Shown here: positions 8,825-9,576 of the stretch, piece after piece
Position numbering within the stretch: the first letter of the stretch is position 1
Layout of the letters: every line of letters starts with the position of its first letter
IMG/VR virus record: IMGVR_UViG_2778261540_000002
Strand: one strand, 5' to 3'
Length of the DNA: 9,576 bases
Source: a virus
Taxonomy: Duplodnaviria > Heunggongvirae > Uroviricota > Caudoviricetes
The notes under the pieces: model-generated
Database searches by the model: none
The model's input: only the letters and a program-made list of their open reading frames with translations
Told to the model about the DNA's origin: nothing
Made by a program: the position numbers and the translations under genes

Positions 8825-9559
8825 TTACTGCGAAAGTTTGTTAATGGAAAGGAAGCCGCCAAAGTTGCCGACGTTATTGCGGAACTTACAACCGCTCAGG
8901 CATTTGCTGCATTTATCCTTCGTGATATCGGACGTTGGCTGGTCATATTCATCCGCGACAGCCGGACCGCTATAACCGCACTCGTCACCGCGATAGGTCC
9001 AGGTGCAGGTGTTGGCCAGCATGATACGTCCCGGAAAAACAGCGCCATCCGTTTCCGTCGGCGTGGACAGTACAAAGGAGGCACTCACCGCGCTCAGTTC
9101 GCTGCACTGCTCAATGCGCCAGCGGCTGATCACCTCCTGCTCCGGATCGGCGTAACTGTTTCCGTTGACGAAGTTCACCGCATCCAGAAAACGGGCGTAA
9201 ACCTTACGCCGGACCACCGTTCCGCCGACCAGACTCTGCATATCTTCCGCCATCCCGGTGACCATACCGTACAGGTTAGAAACCGTCAGCGTGGGGCGCG
9301 TACTGGTGCCTTTGCCATTCAGTTCAAAACCGCTCCCCTGAATGGGATACGGCTGATACTGTCGCCCCTGCCAGGTGACCGGCTCACCTTTTTCGTTCTG
9401 CTCATTACAGAAAAAATAACGTTCTCCACCGACCTCTGTCAGGTCGATTTCCCAGAGCACCACGCTGGCCGACTGCTCCGCACGGGTGCATTCATTCAGT
9501 GTTTCCTGCCGGATATCCGTATCCTGAGCCGTCTGCAGGTTCAGTGAGTCCCCCGGCAT
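8825..9559 (-). CDS. L: Tail tip protein L (lambda gpL homologue), about 244 aa from the ATG at 9559; C-terminal Cys cluster
   Basis: Translation ...DIRQETLNECTRAEQSASVVLWEIDLTEVGGERYFFCNEQNEKGEPVTWQGRQYQPYPIQGSGFELNGKG... matches lambda L as I recall it. The track's ORF begins at a GTG (9571) shown as M; the first ATG is at 9559-9557 and overlaps a TGA stop of the upstream frame (ATGA), as at the lambda M/L junction. C-terminus carries four Cys (GDECGY, DKCSKCLSGCKF). Confidence 0.85.
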   Translation of the reverse strand: MPGDSLNLQTAQDTDIRQETLNECTRAEQSASVVLWEIDLTEVGGERYFFCNEQNEKGEPVTWQGRQYQPYPIQGSGFELNGKGTSTRPTLTVSNLYGMVTGMAEDMQSLVGGTVVRRKVYARFLDAVNFVNGNSYADPEQEVISRWRIEQCSELSAVSASFVLSTPTETDGAVFPGRIMLANTCTWTYRGDECGYSGPAVADEYDQPTSDITKDKCSKCLSGCKFRNNVGNFGGFLSINKLSQ

Positions 9560-9576
9560 CAGGTGCGGCACTTTTG
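9559..9576 (-). CDS. M: Last five codons plus stop of the upstream tail gene (M-like by synteny); 5' part lies outside the window
   Basis: Minus-strand reading of 9576-9559 gives Q K C R T then TGA, with the stop overlapping the L ATG. Identity as M is by position only. Confidence 0.4.
   Translation of the reverse strand, partial: QKCRT

Noticed and set aside
8430-9547. Plus-strand ORFs 8430..8804 (124 aa) and 8813..9547 (244 aa)
   Set aside because: Antisense to K and L respectively, whose minus-strand translations match known tail proteins; no independent support.
3214-9576. Identification of the region as the E. coli K-12 Rac prophage, prompted by the StfR-like fibre
   Set aside because: As I recall, K-12 Rac lacks intact J, I, K and L and has an interrupted lom; here all are intact, so this is a different and more complete lambdoid prophage or phage.

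Overview
This window is the tail-tip and side-tail-fibre end of a lambdoid (lambda-like) prophage or phage of an enterobacterial host, with every gene on the minus strand. In transcription order (high to low coordinate) it holds the last codons of an upstream tail gene (M-like), then L, K, I (K and I overlap by 103 bp), J (1165 aa central tail fibre / host-specificity protein), a hairpin plus T-tract terminator, lom (Ail/Lom/PagC-family outer-membrane protein), a second terminator, and a long StfR/Stf-like side tail fibre gene that runs off the window at position 1. Assignments rest on my own translations of the minus strand and on recognition of the lambda proteins from memory; no database search was run. 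I did not find an undescribed system: minus-strand coding is essentially contiguous, and the long plus-strand ORFs are antisense or alternate-frame artefacts of GC-rich, Ala-codon-rich sequence. The points most worth a second look are the mosaic C-terminal third of J, the lom cargo gene bracketed by terminators, the histidine-rich HxH repeats at the distal end of the fibre, and the ambiguous start of K.
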